From an uncultured Chloroflexia bacterium (lineage in GTDB: Bacteria; Chloroflexota; Limnocylindria; Limnocylindrales; CSP1-4): a DNA stretch of 64,000 nt. The notes beneath the pieces were generated by a model, which was not told the origin of the DNA, did not search any database, and saw only the letters and a list, made by a program, of their open reading frames with translations. The translations under genes were made by a program, and so were the position numbers. The stretch lies in the NCBI GenBank assembly GCA_963810725.1, contig CAWEOO010000001.1, forward strand, positions 155,157-219,156, given 5' to 3'. Shown here piece by piece: positions 8,597-18,858 of this stretch (positions are counted from its first letter, which is position 1; every line of letters begins with the position of its first letter).

Positions 8597-9065
8597 GGTC
8601 CGCCAGTTCCGTACGCACGTGCGGGCCTCGGTCGGGCCGGCGGAGCGCACTGGACTGGGGGCCTGGCTCACCGAACCGCAGCTGGCCTTGTTCGATGGCA
8701 TGCACGTCGCAGACCGGCGGCACGGCCTCGACGTCGTCGCGACGCTCCGGGCGGAGGGCGTGACCGAGCCCGAGGTGCTGCTCGCCGGGCTGCTGCACGA
8801 TGCCGGCAAGGGGCCGACCGGGATCTGGCCGCGGGTCGCGTATTCGCTCGGTCAGCGATACGGGAGCTGGGTGTGGCGGGTCGCGGGCGTGCTGCCGCCG
8901 TTCGGGGACGCCCTCGCGCGGCTGCGCGACCACCCCGCGGTGTCCGCGTCGCTGGCGCGGGCGGCGGGGTGCTCGCCACGGACCGTCGAACTGATCCGGC
9001 ACCAGGACGCGCCCGTCGATCCCGACGCGGGCCGCCTCCTGCAACTCGCGGACGAGGCCAACTGA
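8565..9065 (+). CDS. HD-domain protein
   Basis: FDGMHVADRRHGLDVVATLR..LLAGLLHDAGKG. Start uncertain: ATG 8565 overlaps the M50 gene by 32 nt; the alternative is GTG 8619. Confidence 0.7.
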   Translation: MRSSASWWAPKVRQFRTHVRASVGPAERTGLGAWLTEPQLALFDGMHVADRRHGLDVVATLRAEGVTEPEVLLAGLLHDAGKGPTGIWPRVAYSLGQRYGSWVWRVAGVLPPFGDALARLRDHPAVSASLARAAGCSPRTVELIRHQDAPVDPDAGRLLQLADEAN

Positions 9066-9262
9066 TGGTCGAGGGCACGGGATGATGAACCGCGCGCGAC
9101 TGGGGGTCGCGTTCTCGATGTGGAAGAGCCCTCTGCGGACTCCTTCGGGCCTCGGCCGTGACTCATGGTCGCGTTCATGGGCGCACCGAGCCTCCGCAGG
9201 GTCCACGGGTCGGAACACGCGCCTGCCAGTCGCGGTGGGACCGTGACCGGCCCGGAGGCGGG

Positions 9263-10174
9263 GTGCCCGTGATGGCTGCAGCGTCCGCAGGGTCACCCCG
9301 ATCCTCCGAGTCGGTGTCGCCGGCGATCAGCTTCGGCGACGGGCGCCGGCCCGAGACCGCCACCCAGGTCCAGATCGCCCAGTTCGACGGCCCGCTCGCC
9401 CTCCTGCTGTCGCTCATCGAGGCTCGCCAGCTCGACGTCCTGACGGTCCCGCTCGGCGGACTCGCCGACGCGTACCTCGACGCGCTCGCCGGCCTCGAAT
9501 CGGACCGGCTCGGGCACGTGAGCGCCTTCGTGGCCGTGGCCTCCCAGCTGATCCTCATCAAGAGCCGCGCGATGCTCCCGCGCCAGACGGCGGCAGACCC
9601 CACCGCGATCGCCGACGAGGGACCCGACCCAGAGGCCGAGCTGCGAGCCCGGCTCATCCTCTATCGCGCCTACCGCGACGCCGGCCAGCGCCTGGCCGAT
9701 GGCGCGCTCCGAACGATCGGCCTCTTCCGGCGCGAGCCGGGCGCCGCCCGTGCCGCGGGCCTGGCCGGGGCGCGGCCCGCGGACGCACCGCCGCTGGATC
9801 CGGCCCTGCTCGTCGGCGCGGTGTCGCACCTGGCGACGATCGTCTTCCCCGCCGTGGCACCCGCCGAGGTCATGGAGCGCACGATCACGCTCACGGAGCG
9901 AGCCTCGATCATCCGCGCGGCCCTGCGTGGCGCGCGGGTCGTCGTCCTGCAGGAGCTTCTCGCGGGTGTCCGCGACCGGGTGGTCATCGCCGTCACCTTC
10001 CTGGCGATGCTGGAGCTGATGAAGCGCCGGGAGATCGTCGTGGAACAGGCCGAGCCGTGGGGTCCGATCGTGGCCCGCGCCACCACGGCCGAGGAGCGCG
10101 CGGCGGCCGGACTCGCGCCGACGACCTACGCCGAGGACGCGCCTCTCGACGAGTCACTGGAGTCGTTCGCGTGA
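9263..10174 (+). CDS. scpA: Segregation and condensation protein A
   Basis: VQIAQFDGPLALLLSLIEARQLDVLTVPLGGLADAYL. GGAGG at 9254. Start is ambiguous among 9263, 9269 and 9272. Confidence 0.85.
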   Translation: MPVMAAASAGSPRSSESVSPAISFGDGRRPETATQVQIAQFDGPLALLLSLIEARQLDVLTVPLGGLADAYLDALAGLESDRLGHVSAFVAVASQLILIKSRAMLPRQTAADPTAIADEGPDPEAELRARLILYRAYRDAGQRLADGALRTIGLFRREPGAARAAGLAGARPADAPPLDPALLVGAVSHLATIVFPAVAPAEVMERTITLTERASIIRAALRGARVVVLQELLAGVRDRVVIAVTFLAMLELMKRREIVVEQAEPWGPIVARATTAEERAAAGLAPTTYAEDAPLDESLESFA

Positions 10175-10944
10175 CCGACGAGACGCTCGAGGACGCGAGC
10201 TCGGACGGCGCCGAGCCCCTGGACGGTCCGGAACCGCTCGACGCCGCGGCAGCGGACGCGGATGCGGAGGCCGGCGCGGCCACCGACCGGCCGCCGATCG
10301 AGCTCACCGAATCCGCCCTCGAGGCGCTTCTCTTCGTCGCCGAACGCCCATTGAGCCGCCGCGAGATCGCGGCGCTCGCCGGCACGGACCGCGCCACCGT
10401 GGATGAACGCCTGGGTGACCTCGAGGTCGCTCTGCGCGACCGCGGCCGCGGCCTGCGCCTGCTCATCGACGGCGACCGCGTCGAGCTGGCCACGGCCCCG
10501 GAAGCCGGCGCGCTCGTCGCGCGCTATGTTGGGGCGGACGCGGTGCGCCTCTCCCCAGCGTCGCTCGAGACGCTGGCGATCGTGGCCTACCGGCAGCCCG
10601 TCACGAAGGCGGCGATCGAGCGGATCCGCGGCGTCGACTCGGATTACACGGTCCGGACCCTGCTGCATCGCCGCCTCCTCGTGGAGCTGGGCCGGTCGAG
10701 TGCGCCCGGCCGGCCGTTCCTGTACGGCACCGGCTTCGAATTCCTCGAGCGCTTCGGGCTCACGAGCGTCGAGGAGCTGCCACCGCTCGACGGCGACGTC
10801 GCCGCGCGCCTGGCGGAGGAGGGCGGCGAGCCGATGACCGAACCACTGTTCGAGACGCCGGCCGACGGCCGCCACGACCCCACCGGTCCAGCGGACGCCG
10901 CCGAAGCCCCGGTCGGCAGGGAAAATCACCGAGCCGACCCCTGA
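10171..10944 (+). CDS. scpB: Segregation and condensation protein B
   Basis: GTGA overlap with the scpA stop. ALEALLFVAERPLSRREIAAL..SLETLAIVAYRQPVTKAAIERIRGVDSDYTVRTLLHRRLL..GRPFLYGTGFEFLERFGL. Confidence 0.88.
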   Translation: MTDETLEDASSDGAEPLDGPEPLDAAAADADAEAGAATDRPPIELTESALEALLFVAERPLSRREIAALAGTDRATVDERLGDLEVALRDRGRGLRLLIDGDRVELATAPEAGALVARYVGADAVRLSPASLETLAIVAYRQPVTKAAIERIRGVDSDYTVRTLLHRRLLVELGRSSAPGRPFLYGTGFEFLERFGLTSVEELPPLDGDVAARLAEEGGEPMTEPLFETPADGRHDPTGPADAAEAPVGRENHRADP

Positions 10945-11882
10945 TGGCAACCGAGCGGCTCCAGAAGGTGCTCGCCGCCGCCGGCGTCGCGTCGCGCCGG
11001 GCCGCCGAATCGATGATCGCCTCAGGACGCGTGACCGTCGACGGCAAGCGAGCGACCGTCGGCTCGCAGGTCGACCCGGATCGCGTCGTGATCGCGGTCG
11101 ACGGTCATATCATCGGCAGCGCCGCGGCGATGACCCACCTGCTGCTCCACAAGCCGGCTGGCGTCACCTCTACGACCCAGGACCGCCACGCCGCCCAGAC
11201 CGTGCTCGAGTTCATCCCGACCGCGCTCGTCCCGGACGGGGCCAGGCTCTACCCCGTCGGTCGCCTCGACCAGGACTCCGAAGGGATGCTGCTGCTGACG
11301 AACGACGGCGACTGGGCCGACCGGGTGCTGCATCCGCGGCACGGCGTCGAGCGCGAATACGCGATCGCCCTCGGGGCGCCGCTGACCAACGACCAGGCCG
11401 ACGCGCTCCAGGCCGGGATCCCGCTCACCGAGGGCCTGGCGACGCTTGGCGCCCTCCGGCCGATGACCGCCATCGAGGCGCAGCGGCTGGGCGAGCTCCT
11501 CCGCCCAAGTCCCTCGCCGGAGCTCACCTGGTACCGCGCGACCCTGACCCAGGGCTGGAAGCGCCAGCTGCGCCGGATGTTCGGCGCCGTCGGGGCGCCG
11601 ATCCAGCGCCTCGTGCGCGTCCGGATCGGCCCCGTCCGCATCGACGGCCTGCGCAGCGGCGTCGTCCGCCAGCTCAAAGCGCCGGAGATCCGCGGCCTCG
11701 GTGCAGGCGCCGGGACGTCCCGCGCGGCGACGGGCGGCGGGCGTCCACGGCCCGGGTCGCGCGAGGCACCTGGACCCCGTGCGGGCCCCCGACCCCGTGG
11801 AGCCCCCCGGCCGGGCGAAGCCGCCCGACCGCGTGAGGGCCCCCGACCGCGTGAAGCCCCCCGACCGCGTGACGCTCGCTGA
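10944..11882 (+). CDS. rluB: Pseudouridine synthase (RluB/RsuA family) with an Arg/Pro-rich repetitive C-terminal tail
   Basis: S4 domain: RLQKVLAAAGVASRRAAESMIASGRVTVDG. Catalytic motif: YPVGRLDQDSEGMLLLTNDGDW. Tail: RPRGAPRPGEAARPREGPRPREAPRPRDAR. Confidence 0.88.
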   Translation: MATERLQKVLAAAGVASRRAAESMIASGRVTVDGKRATVGSQVDPDRVVIAVDGHIIGSAAAMTHLLLHKPAGVTSTTQDRHAAQTVLEFIPTALVPDGARLYPVGRLDQDSEGMLLLTNDGDWADRVLHPRHGVEREYAIALGAPLTNDQADALQAGIPLTEGLATLGALRPMTAIEAQRLGELLRPSPSPELTWYRATLTQGWKRQLRRMFGAVGAPIQRLVRVRIGPVRIDGLRSGVVRQLKAPEIRGLGAGAGTSRAATGGGRPRPGSREAPGPRAGPRPRGAPRPGEAARPREGPRPREAPRPRDAR

Positions 11883-12589
11883 TGGGACTGGTCGTGGCCC
11901 TTGACGGGCCGGGCTCATCTGGCAAGAGCAGCGTCGGGGCGGCCGCCGCGCGCGAAGTCGGCTACCGCTTCTGCGACACGGGCCTGCTGTATCGCGCCGT
12001 AACGTGGCTGGCCGAGTCCCGGGGCGTGTCGGTCGACGACCCGGAGGGCCTCGTCGGGCTGGTCGATGACGTCCAACTGGCGAGCGATGCCGACGGGCGC
12101 CTCGCCGGCGTGCTCGTCGATGGGATCGATCACACCGCCGACGTTCGCGCCCCGGCAGTCGACTCGGCCGTGTCCGCCGTCTCCGCGGTCCCGGAGGTCC
12201 GCGCCGCCTTGCTCCAGCGCCAGCGCGACCTCGCCCGGGACGGTGGGATCGTGATGGCCGGGCGCGACATCGGGACCATCGTGCTGCCCGACGCCGACCT
12301 CAAGGTCTACCTTGACGCGTCGGTCACCGAGCGGGCCAGGCGCCGCGCGGAGGAGCGCGGCCTCGATCCGGACGGCCCGCGGGCCGCTGCGATCCTCGAG
12401 GCCCTTCGCCGCCGCGACCACCTGGATGCCACCCGCGAGATCGCTCCGCTCCGCATCGCGCCCGATGCCCGGATCATCACGACGGACGGCAACGAGTTCG
12501 AGGAGACCGTGACCGCGGTGGTCAACGCGATCCGGGATGCCGAGGCGCGGCACGCCCCGGAGCCCCACGCGACCGGTGACGCGCCGTGA
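11882..12589 (+). CDS. cmk: Cytidylate kinase
   Basis: VVALDGPGSSGKSSVGAAAAREVGYRFCDTGLLYRAVTW and GGIVMAGRDIGTIVLPDADLKVYLDAS. Confidence 0.9.
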   Translation: MGLVVALDGPGSSGKSSVGAAAAREVGYRFCDTGLLYRAVTWLAESRGVSVDDPEGLVGLVDDVQLASDADGRLAGVLVDGIDHTADVRAPAVDSAVSAVSAVPEVRAALLQRQRDLARDGGIVMAGRDIGTIVLPDADLKVYLDASVTERARRRAEERGLDPDGPRAAAILEALRRRDHLDATREIAPLRIAPDARIITTDGNEFEETVTAVVNAIRDAEARHAPEPHATGDAP

Positions 12590-13299
12590 CCGACGCACCC
12601 GACTCCACGCCGACCGGCCCGACCCCGCTCGACAGCTCGATCACGCCGATGATCGCGGCGCTCTCGTTCGGTGCACGGCTCTTTTCACGGGCGATGACCC
12701 GCGTGTCGGTCGAAGGGGCGCTTGACGAGATTCCCCGTCAAGGTCCGGTCATCATCGCGGCGAATCACGCGTCCAACCTCGACGCGGTCGTGCTCGGCTC
12801 GTTTCTCATCCCGAAGATCGGGCGGCGCTTCCAATGGCTCGGCAAGAAGGAGCTGTTCGCATGGCCGGTCGTCGGGTACATCGCCAGCCACGGGGGCGTG
12901 CACCCGGTCGACCGTTCGAGGGCGGACGTCGAGGCGTACCGGCTGGCCAAGCGGATCCTCGACGAGGGCCACGTGCTGTTCGTCTTCCCCGAAGGCACGC
13001 GCAGCCCCGACGGTGCGCTGCAGGAAGCCCGCGACGGGGTCGCCTCGCTGGCCCTGCGAAGCGGGGCGCCGATCGTGCCGGTCGGGATCGCCGGTTCCGA
13101 CCGCGTGTGGCCTCGGGGGCAGCGGCTGCCACGGCCCGGCGGGCGGGTGACGGTCCGTGTCGGTTCTCCGTTCCGCCTCGCTGACGTGCTCCCGCCCGAC
13201 GTCGAGAAGGGGGACGCCAAGGCCCAGGCGACGGACGTGATCATGCGCCGCATCGCCGCCCTGCTCCCCGAAGGCCAGCGAGGCGTCTACGGGGGCTGA
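12586..13299 (+). CDS. plsC: 1-acyl-sn-glycerol-3-phosphate acyltransferase
   Basis: GTGA overlap with the cmk stop. Acyltransferase blocks: IIAANHASNLDAVV, FVFPEGTRSPDG, APIVPVGIAGS. Confidence 0.85.
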   Translation: MTDAPDSTPTGPTPLDSSITPMIAALSFGARLFSRAMTRVSVEGALDEIPRQGPVIIAANHASNLDAVVLGSFLIPKIGRRFQWLGKKELFAWPVVGYIASHGGVHPVDRSRADVEAYRLAKRILDEGHVLFVFPEGTRSPDGALQEARDGVASLALRSGAPIVPVGIAGSDRVWPRGQRLPRPGGRVTVRVGSPFRLADVLPPDVEKGDAKAQATDVIMRRIAALLPEGQRGVYGG

Positions 13300-13325
13300 A
13301 CGGGGCCCCGTGCGATAATCGACAC

Positions 13326-14302
13326 GTGGGAATCGTCCAGGAAGTCCGGATCGCGAAGCGCACCGGGTTCTGCTACGGGGTACGAGAAGCGATCGACAAG
13401 GCCAAGGAGGCCTCGGCCGCCGGCAAGGCGACGCATACCCTCGGACAGGTCGTCCACAACGAAGGCGTCGTCCGCGACCTCCAGGATCTCGGCATCCAGA
13501 CGGTCGAGACCCTCGACGACGTCGACCACGGAGCCGCGGTCGTCATCCGCGCCCACGGCGTGCGGCCGGACGTCATGGAGCGGGCCGAATCGCGCGGTCT
13601 CGAGGTCATCGACGGCACCTGCACCTGGGTCATCCAGGAGCACCGCGAGCTGACGAAGCTCGTCGAGGAGGGCTACACGATCGTCCTGCTCGGGACCCCC
13701 AAGCACGCCGAGGTCGTCGGCATGCTGGGGTTCGCGCCGGACGCGATCGTCGTCGACGAGGAAGAGGAATGGGAGGCCGCCATCCCGCGCAAGAAGCGGA
13801 TGGCGCTCATCAGCCAGTCGACCCAGCCGCCCTGGAAGTTCGAGAAGCTTGCCGCGTTCATGGTCGGGCGCGCCCACGAGCTCAAGATCGTCAATACGGT
13901 CTGCCCGGTCACGATCCGCCGACAGCAGGACACGATGGAGGCGGCGAAGGACGTCGACCTCATGGTCGTCGTCGGTGGGCGGTCGAGCGCCAACACCAAG
14001 GAGCTGACCCGCCTGTGCGAGATCGCCGGCACGCCGGCCATCCAGGTCGAGGGTGTCCGGGACCTGACCGACCCCGAGGTCTTCGCTTCGGCCCGCGTCG
14101 TCGGGGTCACCGGCGGGACGTCGACGCCGATCGAGGACCTGCGCGACGTCGCCGAGCACATCCTCGAGATGGCGGGCACGCCCGATGTCGCAGGGCCGGG
14201 CCGCCGAGCTCGCCGGGCGCCGCCCTGGCCGTGGCCGCCACGCCGGCCGGACGAACGACCTCCCTCCCGAGCACCGCGCGACCCGCCTCCGGCGCAGCGT
14301 GA
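13326..14302 (+). CDS. ispH: 4-hydroxy-3-methylbut-2-enyl diphosphate reductase. The 3' end probably changes frame near ~14190 (the as-written ORF runs to 14525).
   Basis: GFCYGVREAI..QVVHNEGVV..IRAHGV..IDGTCTWV..ISQSTQ..NTVCPVT..VVVGGRSSANTKEL. After ILEMAGTPD the as-written frame becomes Arg/Pro junk and overlaps der. Frame 2 ends at TGA 14300-14302, which overlaps GTG 14299 (GTGA). Confidence 0.8.
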
Positions 14303-16003
14303 TCCTCGGACCGATGGCTCGCAGTGGCGTCGCCTCGGGCCTCGGAGCGCCGCGCGTCAGTATCGTGACCCGCCGTACGCAGACAGCCACGACGACACGG
14401 CTCGGCGGGGCGCTCCCGGTCGTCGCCATCGTGGGCCGTCCGAACGTCGGCAAGAGCACGCTCTTCAACCGCGTCCTCGGGTCGCGCACGGCGATCGTCG
14501 AGGACCGCGCCCGGACGACCCGTGACCGGCTGTACGGCGACACGGAATGGAACGGCCGGCGGTTCGTGCTCGTTGACACCGGCGGCCTCGAGCTCGACCC
14601 GAACGACCCGATCGAGGCGCGCGTCCAGGAACAGGCCCGCCTGGCCATCGCCGAGGCCGACGTCATCGTCTTCGTGGTCGACGCCGTCACCGGGCTGACG
14701 CCGGCCGACAGCGAGGCGGCCGAGCTGCTCCGCCGGGCGCCCGCTCCTGTCCTCGTGGCCGTGAACAAGGCGGACAACGAGAAGCGCGAGCTCGAGGGGA
14801 TGGAGTTCTACGCGCTGGGCTGGGAGGAGACCTACCCGATCTCCGCGTCGCACGGACGCGGCACCGGCGACCTGCTCGATGCGATCGTCTGGGCCCTGCC
14901 GCCGGAGACCCCGCAGGAGACCGCGCGCAAGGCCCGCGAGGCCGAGGCGGAGGCCTGGTCCGACGAGGTCGCGGCTGGACGGCTCGAACCGTTCGTGGTC
15001 CACGGAGCCCGAGGAGGGCGACCGCGCCGACGGCGACGACGGCACCGAGACCGACGGCCTCGATGACACCGAGGCGGCTCGCTGGGACGCGGCGATCGCC
15101 GCCGAGGCCGAGACGGGACCCGCCTCGATCGCGTTCGTCGGCCGCCCCAACGTCGGCAAGTCGAGCCTGCTCAACGCGCTGCTCGGCGAGGAGCGGGCGA
15201 TCGTGTCCGAAACTCCGGGAACGACCCGCGACGCGATCGACACGCGGCTCGCCTGGGGGCGCAGCGAGATCATCCTCATCGACACGGCGGGCATCAAGCG
15301 GCGCGGCAAGGTCGCCTCGGGTCCGGCCGCCGAGCGTTACTCCACGCTCCGCGCGCTGAGCGCGCTGTCCCGCGCCGACGTCGCGGTCCTCGTCGTGGAC
15401 GCCGTCGAGGGCCTGACCGCGCAGGACGCCCACGTCGCGGGCTACGCCGTCGAGGAGGGGAAGGGCCTCGTCGTCGCCGTCAACAAGTGGGACCTCGTGG
15501 CCGACAAGACCGATCGGACCTTCGACCAGTACATCGAGTGGATCCGCAACGAGGTGCCGTTCCTCGACTTCGCGCCGATCGTCTCGATCAGCGCCAAGAC
15601 CGGCCAGCGGGTCGGGCGGGTCCTGGAGGCCGCCGTCGACATCTGGGCGGAGCGACGCCGGCGCATCCCGACCGGCGAGCTCAACCGCGTCCTGATGGCC
15701 GCCCTCGAACGGACGCCGCCGCCACCGGTCCGCGGCCGGCGGCCGAAGATCTTCTACGCGACGCAGGCCGCGATCGGCCCGCCGACCTTCGTGTTCTTCG
15801 CCTCGGACGCGTCGCTCATCCACTTCTCGTACCGGCGCTACCTCGAGAACCGGCTGCGCGAGACGTTCGGTTTCGATGGGACGCCGATCCGCCTGGTGTT
15901 CCGCGACCGGGCGTCGGTCAAGCTGCCGCGCCGCAAGAAGAGCCGCTCGGCGCAGGTCAAGCCCGTCCGCCGGGCGAGCGCCAAGACCCGCCGGTCGCGC
16001 TGA
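14299..16003 (+). pseudogene. der: Ribosome-associated GTPase Der (EngA). Frame is interrupted near ~15000, probably a consensus indel.
   Basis: GD1: [25 protein letters not shown], in ORF 14185-15066. GD2 plus KH: [34 protein letters not shown], in ORF 14879-16003, shifted +1. Start is GTG 14299 or ATG 14314. Confidence 0.88.
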
Positions 16004-17016
16004 TGGCCGGTCCGCGCGTCGCGGTCGTGGGAGCGGGTGCGTGGGGCACGACCCTGGCCTCGATCGTCGGGAAGCGCGAGCCCGTCCTCTTGGTGTGCCA
16101 CCGCGAGGAGCTGGCGGAGGAGATCAACCGCACGCAGCGCAATCCGTGGCGGCTGCCGGATGTCGAGCTCCCGGAGGCGCTCGTCGCGTCCTCGGACCCC
16201 GCGGACCTGGCCTCGGCCGTGGACCTGGTGATCTTCGCGACGCCCTCGCCGCACCTGCGTGCGGTCGCGGCCAAGGTGGGGCCGCACATCCCGGCCGGCG
16301 CCGACGTGCTCTCGGTCGTCAAGGGACTCGAGGGCGGCACGCTCATGCGGATGAGCGAGGTCATCGCCGAGGCCGGGGGGATCGCGCCGGACCGCGTGGC
16401 CGCCCTGTCCGGGCCGAACCTGGCCGCCGAGATCGCCCGCGGCCTGCCCGCCTCGGCGGTCGTGGCCGCCGACGACCCCGAGCTCGCGAGCCGCATCGCG
16501 GAGCGGCTGGGCCGCCGCGAGTTCCGGCTCTACGTGAACCGCGACATCCTGGGCGTGGAGCTGTGCGGCGCCCTCAAGAACATCGTCGCGATCGCGGCGG
16601 GCGCCGCCGATGGCCTCGGGTTCGGCGACAACGGCAAGGCCGGGCTGATGACCCGCGGCCTCGCCGAGATGATGCGCCTGGGTTCGGCGGCCGGGGCGAA
16701 TCCACTCACGTTCGCGGGGCTCGCGGGCATCGGCGACGTCATCGCCACGTGCGGGTCGACGCTATCGCGCAACCACCGTCTGGGCGAGGAGCTGGCCCGC
16801 GGCCGTCCGTGGTCGGAGATCGAGGCGACGTTGCCCGGTACGGCCGAGGGCGCCTACACGGTCGAGGCGGCACTCGCACTGGCGGAGCGCCTGGATGTCG
16901 AGATGCCGATCGCGCAGGAGGTCCACGCCGCCCTGTTCGAGGGCAAGAGCGTCCAGCGCTGCCTGATCGACCTGCTGGCGCGCGAATTGAAGGACGAGCT
17001 CGGCGGGCTGGGCTAG
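16003..17016 (+). CDS. gpsA: NAD(P)H-dependent glycerol-3-phosphate dehydrogenase
   Basis: VAVVGAGAWGTTLA..LSGPNLAAEIARGLPASAVVA..GALKNIVAIAAG..GDVIATC. Confidence 0.9.
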   Translation: MAGPRVAVVGAGAWGTTLASIVGKREPVLLVCHREELAEEINRTQRNPWRLPDVELPEALVASSDPADLASAVDLVIFATPSPHLRAVAAKVGPHIPAGADVLSVVKGLEGGTLMRMSEVIAEAGGIAPDRVAALSGPNLAAEIARGLPASAVVAADDPELASRIAERLGRREFRLYVNRDILGVELCGALKNIVAIAAGAADGLGFGDNGKAGLMTRGLAEMMRLGSAAGANPLTFAGLAGIGDVIATCGSTLSRNHRLGEELARGRPWSEIEATLPGTAEGAYTVEAALALAERLDVEMPIAQEVHAALFEGKSVQRCLIDLLARELKDELGGLG

Positions 17017-17046
17017 CCGGGGAGGGGTGCTAGACTGCGGCTCCGT

Positions 17047-17123
17047 CGGGGCGTGGCGCAGTCTGGTAGCGCACCAGTCTGGGGGACTGGTGGTCGTCGG
17101 TTCAAATCCGGCCGCCCCGACCA
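17047..17123 (+). tRNA. tRNA-Pro (anticodon GGG)
   Basis: Manual cloverleaf. Acceptor CGGGGCG/CGCCCCG. D stem GCGC/GCGC. Anticodon stem CCAGT/ACTGG with loop CTGGGGG. T arm GTCGG-TTCAAAT-CCGGC. Encoded CCA. Confidence 0.9.
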
Positions 17124-17236
17124 TTTCCCCCACACAAACAAGCACTCCGAGGGCGGAGTGCGTCCGATCGCGGTTGAAGCTGGTTCAGGGTCGCAACAGG
17201 TGGTCGCTGCGCGCGTCTCATCGATCGGAGGGTCTT

Positions 17237-18742
17237 GTGATCGTTCCTTCCGCCGCGAGACTGGTGCCCATCGTGTTCCTGGTCGCGGCGTGTGCAAACA
17301 CGCCGCCCGTCGTGCCGGTCGCGAGTCCGGCCGCGACACCGGCCCGGATCGGATCCGCGGCGCCCCCGCCTTCGCCGCACCCGCCATCGCGCGGCTCGGA
17401 CCCGGTCCCGACCGCCTCGTCGGTGAAGCGGTGGCCCTTCATCGGCGTCGCCAGCGAGCCGGTCTTCGGGCCGGACGGGACGGTCTACCTCCTGACCAGC
17501 GTGGGAGAGGGACAGGTCGGGGACGAGCAGAGCCTTGTTGCCCTCGATGCGGCCGGGCATGTTCGGGCGGGCTGGCCGATCGATACACCCGAGGGTTCCG
17601 GCTTCAAGACGCCGGTCGCGGGTCCGGGTGGGTCCGTCTACGTGGAGGAATGCGGCACCGCGGCGGTTGGTTGTCGAGTGCACCGGCTCGGGACCGATGG
17701 CCAGGAGCCGCCCGGCTGGCCGTTCGAGGTCCCGCCGTCGGTGATGTGTCCGATGAGCGACGCCTGTGTGTCTCGACTGGTCCTGGGATCACAGGACACC
17801 GTCCATCTGATGAGCTGGCATAAGGCCAATCGTCAGACGCAGATCCTCGCGATCGATCCGACGGGCCGGGTCAAGCCCGGCTGGCCCGTCGCGCTCGACG
17901 ACGCGTACGGGTGGTTTTCCGCTCCGCACCTCGGTTCCGATGGAACCCTCTTCATCGAAACGAAGCCAGGTGCCGACGACGGCCCGTCTGCGCTCTGGGC
18001 GCTCGCACCCGACGGGAGCCGACGTCCTGGCTGGCCGATATCGATCGCCGACTTCGGGGGTTGGCGTCCCGGACCTAACGGGACGATCGTGACCGTGACG
18101 TACGAACCACTGCTCGATCCCGCGCAGGGAGGACTCGAGGCCGACGCGAGTCGGACCGTCTTTTCTGTTGTCGGCCCCGATGGACGGACGCTACCTGGCT
18201 GGCCCCGTGGGTCGAAGGGATACGCGACCCGGCCGGTCGTCGACTCCGACGGGACGATCTCCTACCTCTCGGCAACAGACAAGGTCTATGCCCACGACGG
18301 GGCAGGCGAGGTCAAGGCCGGGTGGCCGGTTGCAATGCCTCATGACAGTCGAATCTATGGCCCGTATCGAGGATCCGAAGGGACGGTGTACTTCCTCGCC
18401 ACCGAGGTCGTCGCGATCTTTCCGGATGGCACCGGGTGGCGCTACCGTCCGGCGGGCCCACTGACCTGGCCGTGCTCCGATCAGGACTGCCCCCCATTCG
18501 CTGCAGCGCCCGCGTTCGGGTCCGGTGGCGTGGTCTACGTCGCCGTGAATCACGACGACTCGGTCGAGATCGTGGCCCTGGACCATCGAGGGCAACCAAT
18601 CCGGGGATGGCCGTATCGATTGCGTGTGGACGCCCCGAATCTTGACGTGCCTTCGCTGACCGTCTCGCCTGATGGCCGGTTGTACGTCCGGCGCGGCACC
18701 ACCATCGTTGCCCTTGATGCGGACGGGCGTCTCTCCGAATAA
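17237..18742 (+). CDS. Lipoprotein with seven PQQ/BamB-like beta-propeller repeats (recurring D-x-x-G-x(4)-GWP motif)
   Basis: GGAGGG lies 4 nt upstream of GTG 17237. Lipobox: LVPIVFLVAAC. Repeats: AGHVRAGWP, DGQEPPGWP, TGRVKPGWP, DGSRRPGWP, DGRTLPGWP, AGEVKAGWP, RGQPIRGWP. The upstream part of the track ORF overlaps the tRNA. Confidence 0.75.
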   Translation: MIVPSAARLVPIVFLVAACANTPPVVPVASPAATPARIGSAAPPPSPHPPSRGSDPVPTASSVKRWPFIGVASEPVFGPDGTVYLLTSVGEGQVGDEQSLVALDAAGHVRAGWPIDTPEGSGFKTPVAGPGGSVYVEECGTAAVGCRVHRLGTDGQEPPGWPFEVPPSVMCPMSDACVSRLVLGSQDTVHLMSWHKANRQTQILAIDPTGRVKPGWPVALDDAYGWFSAPHLGSDGTLFIETKPGADDGPSALWALAPDGSRRPGWPISIADFGGWRPGPNGTIVTVTYEPLLDPAQGGLEADASRTVFSVVGPDGRTLPGWPRGSKGYATRPVVDSDGTISYLSATDKVYAHDGAGEVKAGWPVAMPHDSRIYGPYRGSEGTVYFLATEVVAIFPDGTGWRYRPAGPLTWPCSDQDCPPFAAAPAFGSGGVVYVAVNHDDSVEIVALDHRGQPIRGWPYRLRVDAPNLDVPSLTVSPDGRLYVRRGTTIVALDADGRLSE

Positions 18743-18858
18743 CGGCACCATAGATTTCGGCCGAACTCCGGGTCACAATCGTTGATACGGATCGACCGTG
18801 GACCAGCCCGTCGATGGCCTGACCGTCTCCTGTGCCGGTCTCGATGGCGGCCATGACC

